A stretch of DNA of 64,000 nt from a virus. The position numbers and the translations under genes are program-made. The notes beneath the pieces are model-generated. The model did not search any database, was not told the origin of the DNA, and worked only from the letters and a program-made list of their open reading frames with translations. The stretch lies in the IMG/VR virus record IMGVR_UViG_3300045988_144476. One strand, 5' to 3'. Shown in pieces: positions 36,501 to 44,406 of the stretch. How positions within the stretch are numbered: the first letter of the stretch is position 1; the number at the start of each line of letters is the position of its first letter.

Positions 36501-37751
36501 GGCTTCTTTATTTCCGTCAACAGTCTGTTTCATATTTGCTACTGAGTTAGTAGCTTGCGACACATCTTTTTTAATTTGTGGAATCTCAGTTTTTTTTACT
36601 TCATCCAGAGAAGATGTTAAGTTGGTAATTTTCTGTTCATCCTTGGTCTGCTGCTCTTGAATAGACTGAATACTATTGTTAATAGGAGTAATGTTGGCAG
36701 TTACCCATTCAGTAGAAGGATCAATAGAACCAATATTAACAGAAGTAATAGGTTCTTCAACGCCTTCTTGATAAAAACTTAAAATACCTTTGCCATCAGA
36801 AGTAGTATATTTTGCTCGTAATTTAGATAGACTGTCAATGTCAATTACCGCATGAGCAATTTCCTTTTTGCTATCCTTGTATAATAAGGTAAGTGTCTGA
36901 TTTGCTTTTGTATAAGAAATATCAAGATTTGCCAATCCATCCATATTATCAATGGCATTTTTGAGTAAGGAAATAGAATCATTAATATGTTTTTCTTGTG
37001 TGTCAACTTCCGTTTTAGTATAATAATTTACTAAAGAAGACGTATTATTAATTTCATCTCTAATCTCACTCATGACGGATTCTTTGATGTTGTTTAGTTT
37101 TTCATTAACTTCTGTAGCAGCATTTTTGGCTTTTGTAGCAGCTTGTTTTGCTTCTTCTGTATATCCAACAATCTTCTTTTCAAAAGAAGTCATCCATCCA
37201 GAATCTGAAGGCTCAATTGCTCCATTAATATCAATTCCCTGTAAAATATTAATTTTTCCATTTGGTCTTGTACTCCAAGCATAAACCAAATTACCAATTT
37301 GTCCTGTTGCACGAATTTCAAATATATATTCACCTGGGGTTTTAGTAAGTTTATCATCAATTAGCCATCCAAAACAGATATATTGACTATTTCGTTTTAC
37401 ATTAACTACAGGATATTCCCCAGGATTTCCACCAGTTAATTTATCGCTATAGCGAACACAAAAAGTCATTTCTGATAAATCAATTCCATCGTAAAATCTT
37501 GGAATTCTAAATGGTATGTACTGGCTGTTTGATTCCTGTGTAATGTTAATCTGAGAAGAATCCATTGTGATATTTTTATTATTATCTACAGTAGAATACT
37601 TCTCATCAATATATTGTGAATATTGATCATAACCACTTACAATTTCATAATCATCTCCAGCATATACATCCATATCATCATCAACTGAAGCAAGCGTCAT
37701 TACTTCGGATGATGCAGCCATAGCTTTTCTTTTTACGTCTTTAAATGACAT
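30510..37751 (-). CDS. Giant host-recognition / adhesin-like tail protein (2413 aa)
   Basis: BppU-like N-terminus, coiled coil and Ig-like beta regions. A tentative CotH-like stretch (IDNRAKNVFPHW...FDFWAYDMDTQLG). BspA-type LRRs (LEELDVQNCPNLTGSINLS). Two Listeria-Bacteroides repeats (FTFKHWD..ITAVY, YLFKEWD..IYSVF). A LamG-like jelly roll. Confidence 0.85.
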   Translation of the reverse strand: MSFKDVKRKAMAASSEVMTLASVDDDMDVYAGDDYEIVSGYDQYSQYIDEKYSTVDNNKNITMDSSQINITQESNSQYIPFRIPRFYDGIDLSEMTFCVRYSDKLTGGNPGEYPVVNVKRNSQYICFGWLIDDKLTKTPGEYIFEIRATGQIGNLVYAWSTRPNGKINILQGIDINGAIEPSDSGWMTSFEKKIVGYTEEAKQAATKAKNAATEVNEKLNNIKESVMSEIRDEINNTSSLVNYYTKTEVDTQEKHINDSISLLKNAIDNMDGLANLDISYTKANQTLTLLYKDSKKEIAHAVIDIDSLSKLRAKYTTSDGKGILSFYQEGVEEPITSVNIGSIDPSTEWVTANITPINNSIQSIQEQQTKDEQKITNLTSSLDEVKKTEIPQIKKDVSQATNSVANMKQTVDGNKEAVDSLGTNFDTLEGRVKKLEENPASTEYDVDYADNIFYWKENGETIKTFTIQGGGGGGTTTSTMTIERITPADAIFLLGNKSVIEYTWSSVDNVGDSTGIGTAVWKIDNTTVSTLTVGQGKNSIDLTEFLKTGTNSIRLSITDSVGTLSTKTWTITIVDFKLESSFNDTLFYSDEVSFRYIPYGNINKTVHFILDGVELDSINTTASGRQLSYVLTKQSHGAHLLKVYMTATVNNQDIQSETIIKDIIWVNPDDRTPIIGCSMQEFTTQQYHATNIPYVVYDPDHNPATVKLAIDGNTVSTLSVNRTAQTWSYKSSDIGNHNLTISCRKVTKILKANIEKLDIDVEPVTANLEFDFNPTGYSNSDENRLWTDKTHTNVNMTVSDNFDWSNGGYQLDSDGSQYFCVKAGTTATINYNLFGTDPKQTGSEFKIVFKTTNVRDASATFLSCIPTTDDKVGLEMNVHEANIYSSTDSLYFPYSEEDIIEYEFNINALDTKTDGATSIVMTYEDGVGSRPMIYNDVHRLYQYSPVPITIGSDDCDVYVYRMKAYSAALTDTDILSNFIADARDSDDMIARYERNQIYDENNSLTPESVAKACPDLRIIKIEAPHFTNDKKDFVKNTSMQCIYTNGDPVLDNWKFTNCYHAGQGTTSNEYGFAARNIDVICCFDGEHQVNSKIKLDPNYKTILELGDGSKTTDGTGKISLTRNSVPNNWWNFKVNVASSNMATNALGQKRFNDFLPYTSPGTKRDPKVKNSMEFVNCVIFLKENDPDVSTHREFQDTDWHFYSLGNMGDSKKTDVTRAYDPDDMKEFCIEISDNTLPNSAFQTGVTNPDGTPKYPITKAEWKAGNTAYDNLYNNWDGSFEFRYDCCGDSKDGSAISTDEEKEKIRTNNRQIWRDFYEFIVTSSDEDFVAHLGDWVIKETTLYFYLVTLRYSMIDNRAKNVFPHWAKHYMSTSEAAEAGDKAQYYTIDDNAAAIHNGYRFDFWAYDMDTQLGINNSGELVFPYGKEDTDYKEDGKPSSGYVFNAAESTLWCRIRDLMQPQLRNMYQSVDANCWSDTHLINEYKAWQNQFPEELWRLHYDRLYFRTYRAGTVRFLQEMMNGRGIYHLAQWERDQHAYMGTKFVHTDVKSDQIMFRCNTPKQAVVKPDYTLRIIPYSDMYISVLYGNSANPTQVRAKAGQEYEITTTLTNMDDTAVLIYCASRIQALNDLSACYIHDNDFSKASKLKTLIIGSNKEGYQNSFLTNLNMGNNTLLEELDVQNCPNLTGSINLSACENLLKLNASGTIISSVSFATHGKITHVYLPATINALTFRDLQNLTDLVIPSYENLETFICRNSKVDALGIIQKAIKSLKTVTVTGINWNLENTDILKVLSKLTGKDENEFNTEHSVLTGTIHVPVIRNQELLEYVGNDTHKGIWTGLEITYDSLIVQYKITCVNADEAHTVLDIQYVDIGADGEDPLTRATNPIKTPTIPSTVENDFTFKHWDAAFTKVFADRTITAVYEPSVRNYTVQYILKANKNAAETVLQSSTGPYGSTIEYEGDIPKYTAEESAFKYYLFKEWDKSGLITGDKKIYSVFDSCAYTDGYFDGKDLENLSEVELYTLMKMNLEQSKTTSGDVLNFKLGVDYNYDDVESKEFISETTEFDGTNYIDTNTTIMDKDRDFTFAIDFEFDNGNTSGATLAQCFQSNGSNGFRLWYSSNVNLNWGTKSTSPANVGNRELVVIRHEAGSEQAYIYCSNLTGNEVSTTTLAAIRIPVIPSTLVFGCSKADDGEYEKYAKGKIHWAKLWYADLGENECKEIAAWVHETIPMMVAKYKEYYLSDNTTKRANITFIGKNLLSTNHSYGNVSGGWSKSPLNTWLNTRLPKAISPLWKSLIKKVNVYANNANKDKSTSMSECYFFIPSIYEIDPTITNEPYTSETDATISFMTSDISRQRSKVSTPEKYEAYPTRSANVDQNVGTWQWGVDGGEDNPGKVNGYFYPQVAGILFMFSISCEA

Positions 37752-37763
37752 TTGCTTCCTCCT

Positions 37764-38486
37764 TTATTTCAAAAGTTTATCTAAATTAACCATCTGCATA
37801 CTCGGAATTTGGTCTAAATTTACAACACCATCTTGAGTACCGTCTGGATCTTTTCCTGTAAGGTCTTCAGCTATAAGAGTAGATAAATTAGTAACTTCAA
37901 TACCTTCTCCAGTATCATTTCCATCTCTATCTGTCAGAATAACTTTTCTGTCTTCAGTATTAATATGAATATCCTTTACCATTCCGTTATAAGCATTTTC
38001 TGCCATAGACATCATATCTTTCTGAAGTGCTTCCATAACAAGTAATCTCTGATCAATTTCATCAAGCATTTCATCAGGCTCGTATTTAGCAAAGGCAGCA
38101 AGAGGAGAAATATGGATAACTCCTGACTGAGTTTTACGAACATAAGAAGTAGTAGAATCATCTTCATTAGATACTAATTTAAGAAATGTGAATGATACTT
38201 CAATATCACCAGCTTCTGCAGTTAAATAAGCTTCTGCTGGAATTAAGTACTGTATATAATCAGTTTCATATGCCAGATCATTTGGTTCTAGTTTAATCAT
38301 TTTAATCTTACCTGTAACAGGAAGAACATATCTCATGTAAACTGTACAATCTGACATATCAATTTGTTCTCTATATAATTTTGCGACCACAATCTGTATT
38401 TGATCTACATAATCGCTTCTCTCAATAATCTTTTCTTTTACTGTAGTCACAACAGTATTTTCATCAGTAATTTTTAAGGTATACAT
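37764..38486 (-). CDS. Baseplate protein (BppU-N-like)
   Basis: 240 aa. Its position and N-terminal pattern resemble the N-terminus of the 2413-aa protein. Confidence 0.55.
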   Translation of the reverse strand: MYTLKITDENTVVTTVKEKIIERSDYVDQIQIVVAKLYREQIDMSDCTVYMRYVLPVTGKIKMIKLEPNDLAYETDYIQYLIPAEAYLTAEAGDIEVSFTFLKLVSNEDDSTTSYVRKTQSGVIHISPLAAFAKYEPDEMLDEIDQRLLVMEALQKDMMSMAENAYNGMVKDIHINTEDRKVILTDRDGNDTGEGIEVTNLSTLIAEDLTGKDPDGTQDGVVNLDQIPSMQMVNLDKLLK

Positions 38487-38497
38487 TGTGGCCTCCT

Positions 38498-39166
38498 TTA
38501 TTGTATAAGTTTTGAAAATTCTGTAATAGTAATCGCACTTGACATAGGCGTAGTTTCAACCCAATCTGTCCATTTAAAATTTAAATTAGATTTTAAACAA
38601 AATCGTTCGAAGCTTCTATATGAATTTTCGTTTGTAAGATATACTCTTTGATATAAATTTACATCATCACGATCACCTTGAATGGATCTATGTTCTCCAA
38701 AAGTAGAATATCCAGATAACTTAACAGGTGCATTAGATACTTTTGTTGAATCATCGTTCTTGTACCAACCTGTATTATTTATTTTATTCCAATCAGTTAC
38801 AGTATTTCTGTACTGTTTTCCTATTTTTAGGTTAATCTCGCTGACATCATCACATGTCTCACGAAGCACCTGAGTAATACATTCTTCTTTACCTAAACCA
38901 TTTATGCTAATTATTTGATTAATGTCATCTATCGACTTGTCTTGAGTATTATTAACTTCTTTTATATTCAATATATCTTTATTATTTTGTGCGAGTTTAT
39001 CTTCAACAGGTTTTAATCTGTCACCAACAGCTTTTGCGTCAGCAAACATTCCTTTTTCTCTTAAAGTAGCATCAGATACCGGAAGAGCATCTAATGCCGG
39101 ATAATATACTTTAACTAATCCTGATGTAGTTTCAATATATTCAATACTATTATTACTATTAGCCAT
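38498..39166 (-). CDS. Short fibre / knob-type receptor-binding protein candidate
   Basis: 222 aa. Carries the fibre N-terminal motif GMFADAKAVGD, a short coiled coil, and a C-terminal knob-like domain ending KWTDWVE. Confidence 0.55.
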   Translation of the reverse strand: MANSNNSIEYIETTSGLVKVYYPALDALPVSDATLREKGMFADAKAVGDRLKPVEDKLAQNNKDILNIKEVNNTQDKSIDDINQIISINGLGKEECITQVLRETCDDVSEINLKIGKQYRNTVTDWNKINNTGWYKNDDSTKVSNAPVKLSGYSTFGEHRSIQGDRDDVNLYQRVYLTNENSYRSFERFCLKSNLNFKWTDWVETTPMSSAITITEFSKLIQ

Positions 39167-39191
39167 TTTTACACCTTTCCTTTCCTATAAA

Positions 39192-39217
39192 GAAAAGGCC
39201 ATTAAAATGACCTTTTC
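39192..39217 (-). terminator. Hairpin after the membrane-protein gene
   Basis: gaaaaggcca/tgaccttttc stem (9 of 10 bp) then uuuauagg on the - strand. Confidence 0.4.
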
Positions 39218-39221
39218 AAAA

Positions 39222-39665
39222 TTATTTCATTTGATATATTTTTTTACCCAAAATTTTATAATATGGTTTTACATCTGATTTATATCCAAAAATATAACAG
39301 TCAATCCAATCCATAAGAGGAATTACCCATGCTGCAATCAGCATCCATAACAATGAAAATGGCAAACATACCATACCATCAATATTCATTGGCATATTTC
39401 TGTAATCCCAAATATGATAATCTGCATTAAAAATAACACCAAATATATATTCTACAAATGTTGCAAATATTGTACATAGGACTAACTGCAATAGAAAATC
39501 AACTTCATATGAAAACTGATTATTTAAAACGACCATAGGAATAACACAAATAGAAGCACAAAACATCATGGTAATATCAGATCTGCCTCTAAACAATAAT
39601 TCAAGACATACATAAATATATCCAGAAAATGTGAATAATAATACATATTTCATGAAAGATTTCAT
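39222..39665 (-). CDS. Polytopic membrane protein (4 TM) embedded in the tail operon
   Basis: 147 aa. Resembles the so-called putative ABC-transporter type IV (CmpB-like) family: LELLFRG...HIWDYRN...LPFSLLW. Confidence 0.65.
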   Translation of the reverse strand: MKSFMKYVLLFTFSGYIYVCLELLFRGRSDITMMFCASICVIPMVVLNNQFSYEVDFLLQLVLCTIFATFVEYIFGVIFNADYHIWDYRNMPMNIDGMVCLPFSLLWMLIAAWVIPLMDWIDCYIFGYKSDVKPYYKILGKKIYQMK

Positions 39666-39668
39666 ATA

Positions 39669-40097
39669 TTATTCCTCTTTCTTATTCAATTCTTCATCCT
39701 TGTTTTCCTCTTCTTTTTCAGGAAGTACAAGAAAATCTTCAATAAGAACGTACTGACTTGGAGTAGCAGTAGCACAATATGGCATTATAAAATCATCTTT
39801 TGGAATCTGATAAAGATCTACATTTACTTCAAGAGCAGCAATAGGGTCTACTTTTTCTGTAAACTTTTTAATTGCTTCTGTATCCTTTTCATCAATATAA
39901 ACTCGCCCGTCTTCAGACTTTTTACCAAATTCATTTAAAGCATCGTTGATTACTTTTTCATAATCTTTAACTTCATTTTCAAGAATACGAATGTTTCTAT
40001 AAATTGCATATCCTGTTGGTCCAGAAGCACCATCTGTAAATCCTGGCTGATTTAATGTATTCAGTAAATATTTTATAATTCCATTTGTGATTTTCAT
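39669..40097 (-). CDS. Hypothetical protein (142 aa), acidic C-terminus
   Basis: ORF in the tail operon. Confidence 0.6.
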   Translation of the reverse strand: MKITNGIIKYLLNTLNQPGFTDGASGPTGYAIYRNIRILENEVKDYEKVINDALNEFGKKSEDGRVYIDEKDTEAIKKFTEKVDPIAALEVNVDLYQIPKDDFIMPYCATATPSQYVLIEDFLVLPEKEEENKDEELNKKEE

Positions 40098-40118
40098 GTT
40101 AAATATCTCCTTTTATCC

Positions 40119-43100
40119 TTATTTTATTTTATCTTTTAATTTTTCTAATTCTGCTTGCAATTGTTTTACCTGATTCTGTAAGTCTATAATAATTGAATTG
40201 GCATTTGTATCAGAACTTGATATCTTAGATGTGAACATAGGGTTTGATAGTAATTGCTGAATAACTTCAGCACTAACTGTAAAATTAGAACCATTATTAG
40301 ATTTTCCTTGAATTGATCCGGCATCATGAGAACTTGCATTTACCATACCTTCAAGTAATGAATTATAGTCATCCCTCTTAGATGCATATTGAATCATATT
40401 TGAAAATGTGATTTCCATTGATTCATCAAGATCACACGGATTATAAGAAATCTTGATTAATCTTAATGTAATAAAAGTATTATCATTTAATTCTATATGT
40501 ACATAATCATTAACATTAAATCTGTCATGATAATCTTTTAGTTCAGGAAGTGCGTATATGTTCTCAATAGAATCTGAGTATATGTACTGAGGATGCGATT
40601 CAACATATAGCTCCTTTACTGCATCATCAAATAATTTCTTTACCTGTTTGACGGCTGTAACACTTGTATCAAGATCTGTAATTTCAATGTTTTCATTTGA
40701 GTAATTAGCCTGTCTGTACAAATGTGTAAGAATAATAAATTCTTCATTTGTAAAAGCCTCATTTAATAATTCGTCAGAAGATAAAATTCCTTGTAAATAT
40801 TTATAATTAGTATCCATATCTATATTATAGTCAGATTTCCAGTTCTTTCCCCAGTTTTTTATATCAACATCTTTAGCTATGAATAATCTCATATTATTTG
40901 CTTTATTAATACCACCATCAAAAGTATATAAGATTGGTATTGTTTTATCATTTTTATCGTTAATAGGTTTCCCATTATCATCAAGCTTTATATCACCAAT
41001 ATCAATATTGGTAACAGTACCCGTCTGTAGTTCATCATATTCTGCCTGGCGTTTTTTTAGAGCATCACTTGCCTGTTTAACTAAATTTTCATAATCCTTA
41101 TAGCACTGATTCATTTGTGAGTAATAATCCAAATCACATCCAAGATCAGAATTATAAGTATTATTAAAACCTTTCTTCTTTAATTCAAGCATGCAGTTTT
41201 CATAGGTTTTAATTTTTACTTTCAGCTCATCAATACCATATAAGTCCCAGTTAGTCTCATATGCCTTAATGTCATCATTATTTTCAATGAAATATCCAAA
41301 TCCGGCATTTAAAATATTCGATTCGTTACTTTTATAATTGTTGTATTCGTCTTCAGACAATTCTTCCAATTGCATACCGCAAATATAAAATGGTAAGGTA
41401 TTTCTATAATCAATACCTGCGGCAGTATATGCGACAAACGCTACATCTATTAATGTAGTATTTTTATCAGTTTTAAAGAGTAGCCAACATTTTTTCCAGT
41501 CATTTGCTTTTTTTATAACATATGATTTGTTGGATGCAGGGGTGTATTTATTTGATGATTTTGCATATGATAATTGGAATCCACCAGCGTTCGGTATACC
41601 AGACGCTTTTATATAACAGCTTAAACAATAATAACTTTCTACGTTTACAGATATTTTAGACTGAATAATACCAAAATTTCCTGCGAATTTATCTACTTTT
41701 GATGAAATATTTTCATTTCCTACATCAGGAACATAATCATCTTCGTATACTCCAATGATCTCATTCCCATCTTCATCATATATTTTTTCTGTTATATCAT
41801 AAAATTTAAATCCTCTTGTAATTCCTTTACATTGAGAAAGATCAATAGTAATATCATCAGTAATACAGTTAGTATATAATCTATTGCAAACTATCCAGTC
41901 AGTATTTATTACAACTGGATTAACATTGGATAGAAGATTGCCGTTTCCGGTAATCTTAAATTGAGCCTTATTTAATTTCTTGTCGGGATCATTCTCAAAC
42001 AGTTTATTAAGTTCTTTTATAGCTTCAGACCCATCGACACCCTTTGAATGAAGAGCAGCAATAATAGAGGGGAGAGCGTAATCCATAATAGAACTATATA
42101 AATTCCAGTCACTTTTATGTTTTTTTAGTTCGTCTAAACTAAAATTCTTATCAGCATCTACATATAAATTTTCTAAACCTAATATAATAGCAACATTTGA
42201 ATTATATGCTGATTTTAAATCTTTTACAGAAGATGAGAACCAATCAGTTTGAACACTATCAGTAGGTACACGATTAACCAATTCTGTCTGTTTTTCATTG
42301 ATATAAGCATATACTTTTGAGTTGAAAATATAATCTTTTCTCTTATCTTCCTTATACTCAATATATCTTTTATATTTCTCTTGTAATGATTTTGGCATAT
42401 ATTGATCATTAATAAAATGAGAAATATCCGTTATAACCGAATCACCAAAGTTTACGACATCAACATTATAGTCATTTGCGCCAGATACATAGAACTGAGT
42501 TATGAGACTGGTGTCTCTTGAAATTGATACATTATTCTGAATATTCCTAAATCCTAAGAACAATTCTGTATCAGTCCCTAATCCTTCAGGCCTATAAGCA
42601 TTAATAGTCATATTAACTGTATCAAATTCAAATACACATCGACAAATTCCTGCAACTTCCTGAGTAAGGAATGAATATACAGATTTATTGTCTACGTCAT
42701 AATAATATTTGTAATCCTTTAAAAGAGCTGTATCGCTTGTATCATTTGACTCTGAAGGAGTAGAATCAACGTATCCGACATGCCATCCTAAAACATCTGC
42801 TCCAGAATGCTTAAGTACCAAATCTAAAAGACTAAGTTCTGGACATTCTGAATTATATAAAACTACAGAAAAATATTCTCCGGAATCAAAATCCGGATCA
42901 TGGTCTGGATTATCTTTATGATTTAAGTCATAATTTTTTTTATATTGGATTTCATATGAACCCTCATCGCCAGTATTTATTTTAAATGTATTTAACATAT
43001 ATTGGGATAATGTTACTTCATATGATTCTGCAGTAACTTCTTTGGTTTCCTGTAATCCATCAAAACTAACAGAAGGAGGATCGACAATTTTAAACCATAT

Positions 43101-43343
43101 TCCGTCACAATATAATTCCATCATCTCTTCAATATAATCATATGAATTTGATACTGTATTTTCTCCAATATATTTATTTACAGAGAATGAGAGAGTAGTA
43201 GTATTATTTGTGTTTATTTCAAGTTTAACAGTAGAACTGTCAATTCCATTCATAGCACAGATTACATTCTTACCAGGTCTTGCTAGATAAATAATAGATG
43301 GTTCTTTACGATTATATACATCATATTCATGATTAATTCTCAT
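40119..43343 (-). CDS. Tail-associated lysin-like / tail tip protein (Tal)
   Basis: 1074 aa. ATGA-coupled directly downstream of Dit. N-terminal region is of prophage-tail type. C-terminal coiled coil. Confidence 0.7.
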   Translation of the reverse strand: MRINHEYDVYNRKEPSIIYLARPGKNVICAMNGIDSSTVKLEINTNNTTTLSFSVNKYIGENTVSNSYDYIEEMMELYCDGIWFKIVDPPSVSFDGLQETKEVTAESYEVTLSQYMLNTFKINTGDEGSYEIQYKKNYDLNHKDNPDHDPDFDSGEYFSVVLYNSECPELSLLDLVLKHSGADVLGWHVGYVDSTPSESNDTSDTALLKDYKYYYDVDNKSVYSFLTQEVAGICRCVFEFDTVNMTINAYRPEGLGTDTELFLGFRNIQNNVSISRDTSLITQFYVSGANDYNVDVVNFGDSVITDISHFINDQYMPKSLQEKYKRYIEYKEDKRKDYIFNSKVYAYINEKQTELVNRVPTDSVQTDWFSSSVKDLKSAYNSNVAIILGLENLYVDADKNFSLDELKKHKSDWNLYSSIMDYALPSIIAALHSKGVDGSEAIKELNKLFENDPDKKLNKAQFKITGNGNLLSNVNPVVINTDWIVCNRLYTNCITDDITIDLSQCKGITRGFKFYDITEKIYDEDGNEIIGVYEDDYVPDVGNENISSKVDKFAGNFGIIQSKISVNVESYYCLSCYIKASGIPNAGGFQLSYAKSSNKYTPASNKSYVIKKANDWKKCWLLFKTDKNTTLIDVAFVAYTAAGIDYRNTLPFYICGMQLEELSEDEYNNYKSNESNILNAGFGYFIENNDDIKAYETNWDLYGIDELKVKIKTYENCMLELKKKGFNNTYNSDLGCDLDYYSQMNQCYKDYENLVKQASDALKKRQAEYDELQTGTVTNIDIGDIKLDDNGKPINDKNDKTIPILYTFDGGINKANNMRLFIAKDVDIKNWGKNWKSDYNIDMDTNYKYLQGILSSDELLNEAFTNEEFIILTHLYRQANYSNENIEITDLDTSVTAVKQVKKLFDDAVKELYVESHPQYIYSDSIENIYALPELKDYHDRFNVNDYVHIELNDNTFITLRLIKISYNPCDLDESMEITFSNMIQYASKRDDYNSLLEGMVNASSHDAGSIQGKSNNGSNFTVSAEVIQQLLSNPMFTSKISSSDTNANSIIIDLQNQVKQLQAELEKLKDKIK

Positions 43344-44341
43344 ATGAATACACCTACTTTTCTAGGTTCTCTATAAGTGATTTCCACGCTCATATCACCC
43401 TGGATAACAAATTCATTTATTCCATAACATAATCTGGGCCAGTATATGTTATTTATTGTTTCACTTGTGATTCCTAGTTCTTTAAAACTGATTTCTTGAT
43501 CGTCAGCATAAAGCTTGAAATTTTGGCAGTCCATATAAAATGTAATCTTATTTTTGATATCTTTAGTGTTTAAGATTAATTCACGATTATTATCCGTGAT
43601 ATTTAATAACCGTATCTCACCACGATATTCTTCTATAGGATTAAATTTAATCAATGGATAAATATATTCTTCCTGGCAATCTGAAGTGTTATTTATAGTA
43701 AATGAAGTTGGATTATTTTTTGTTGATGATTGCCAGACTTTTTTCTCTGGCGAATAACCATATGGGCTATCACATGTAACTGTGTAAGTAATCTGATAAG
43801 GTTTACCTATATTTTCAACATTAACAGCGGTTATAGTTCCAAAAAAATCCACATCTTCAAAATAGTAGTCATCATTTGTTGTATTTTTATTTTTTAACCT
43901 TAGTAATTTTGGAAACTGAGGTGATGTGAGCCAGGCGTTCAAAGCTTTAATATCATTTGATGTAAAATAATCAGAATGCTGGCTGATTAAATTACCATTA
44001 GAAACAGCTAAATCATATGAGCTTGGGAATGTAAGTACATGCGTTTTAGGATCAATTGTAGGAGTATCATGAAATACAAGAACGTTATTGTATTCAACAC
44101 CGTTAATTATTTTATCTTCTACCCATGGCAAATAATCTCTTTTACATATATCTTTAATAAATGTAATATTAAAAGAATAGTTCTTATCATAAGTAGTACC
44201 AAAATGATTTTCACGAGCACGGTATTTATTCTTTTGTCCTAAGATTAATGATCTACTCTCAAGCTCATTATTTTCCTCAATAGTTGTTACAATAACACCA
44301 AACTCATCAGAACTTTGTCCATTAAATTCAAATTCAACCAA
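43340..44341 (-). CDS. Distal tail protein (Dit)
   Basis: 333 aa. TTG start after GAGGTGA. The N-terminus MVEFEFNGQSSDEFGVIV is typical of siphovirus Dit. Sits immediately after the tape measure. Confidence 0.72.
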   Translation of the reverse strand: MVEFEFNGQSSDEFGVIVTTIEENNELESRSLILGQKNKYRARENHFGTTYDKNYSFNITFIKDICKRDYLPWVEDKIINGVEYNNVLVFHDTPTIDPKTHVLTFPSSYDLAVSNGNLISQHSDYFTSNDIKALNAWLTSPQFPKLLRLKNKNTTNDDYYFEDVDFFGTITAVNVENIGKPYQITYTVTCDSPYGYSPEKKVWQSSTKNNPTSFTINNTSDCQEEYIYPLIKFNPIEEYRGEIRLLNITDNNRELILNTKDIKNKITFYMDCQNFKLYADDQEISFKELGITSETINNIYWPRLCYGINEFVIQGDMSVEITYREPRKVGVFI

Positions 44342-44360
44342 ATTTTCACCTCATTTCATA

Positions 44361-44396
44361 TGTAAAATAGAAGAGACTGCATTACACAGTCTCTTC
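44361..44396 (-). terminator. Hairpin plus U-rich tract between the tape-measure ORF and Dit
   Basis: gaagagactg-7 nt-cagtctcttc: perfect 10-bp stem then uauuuuaca on the - strand. Confidence 0.5.
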
Positions 44397-44406
44397 ATTG
44401 AAAATA

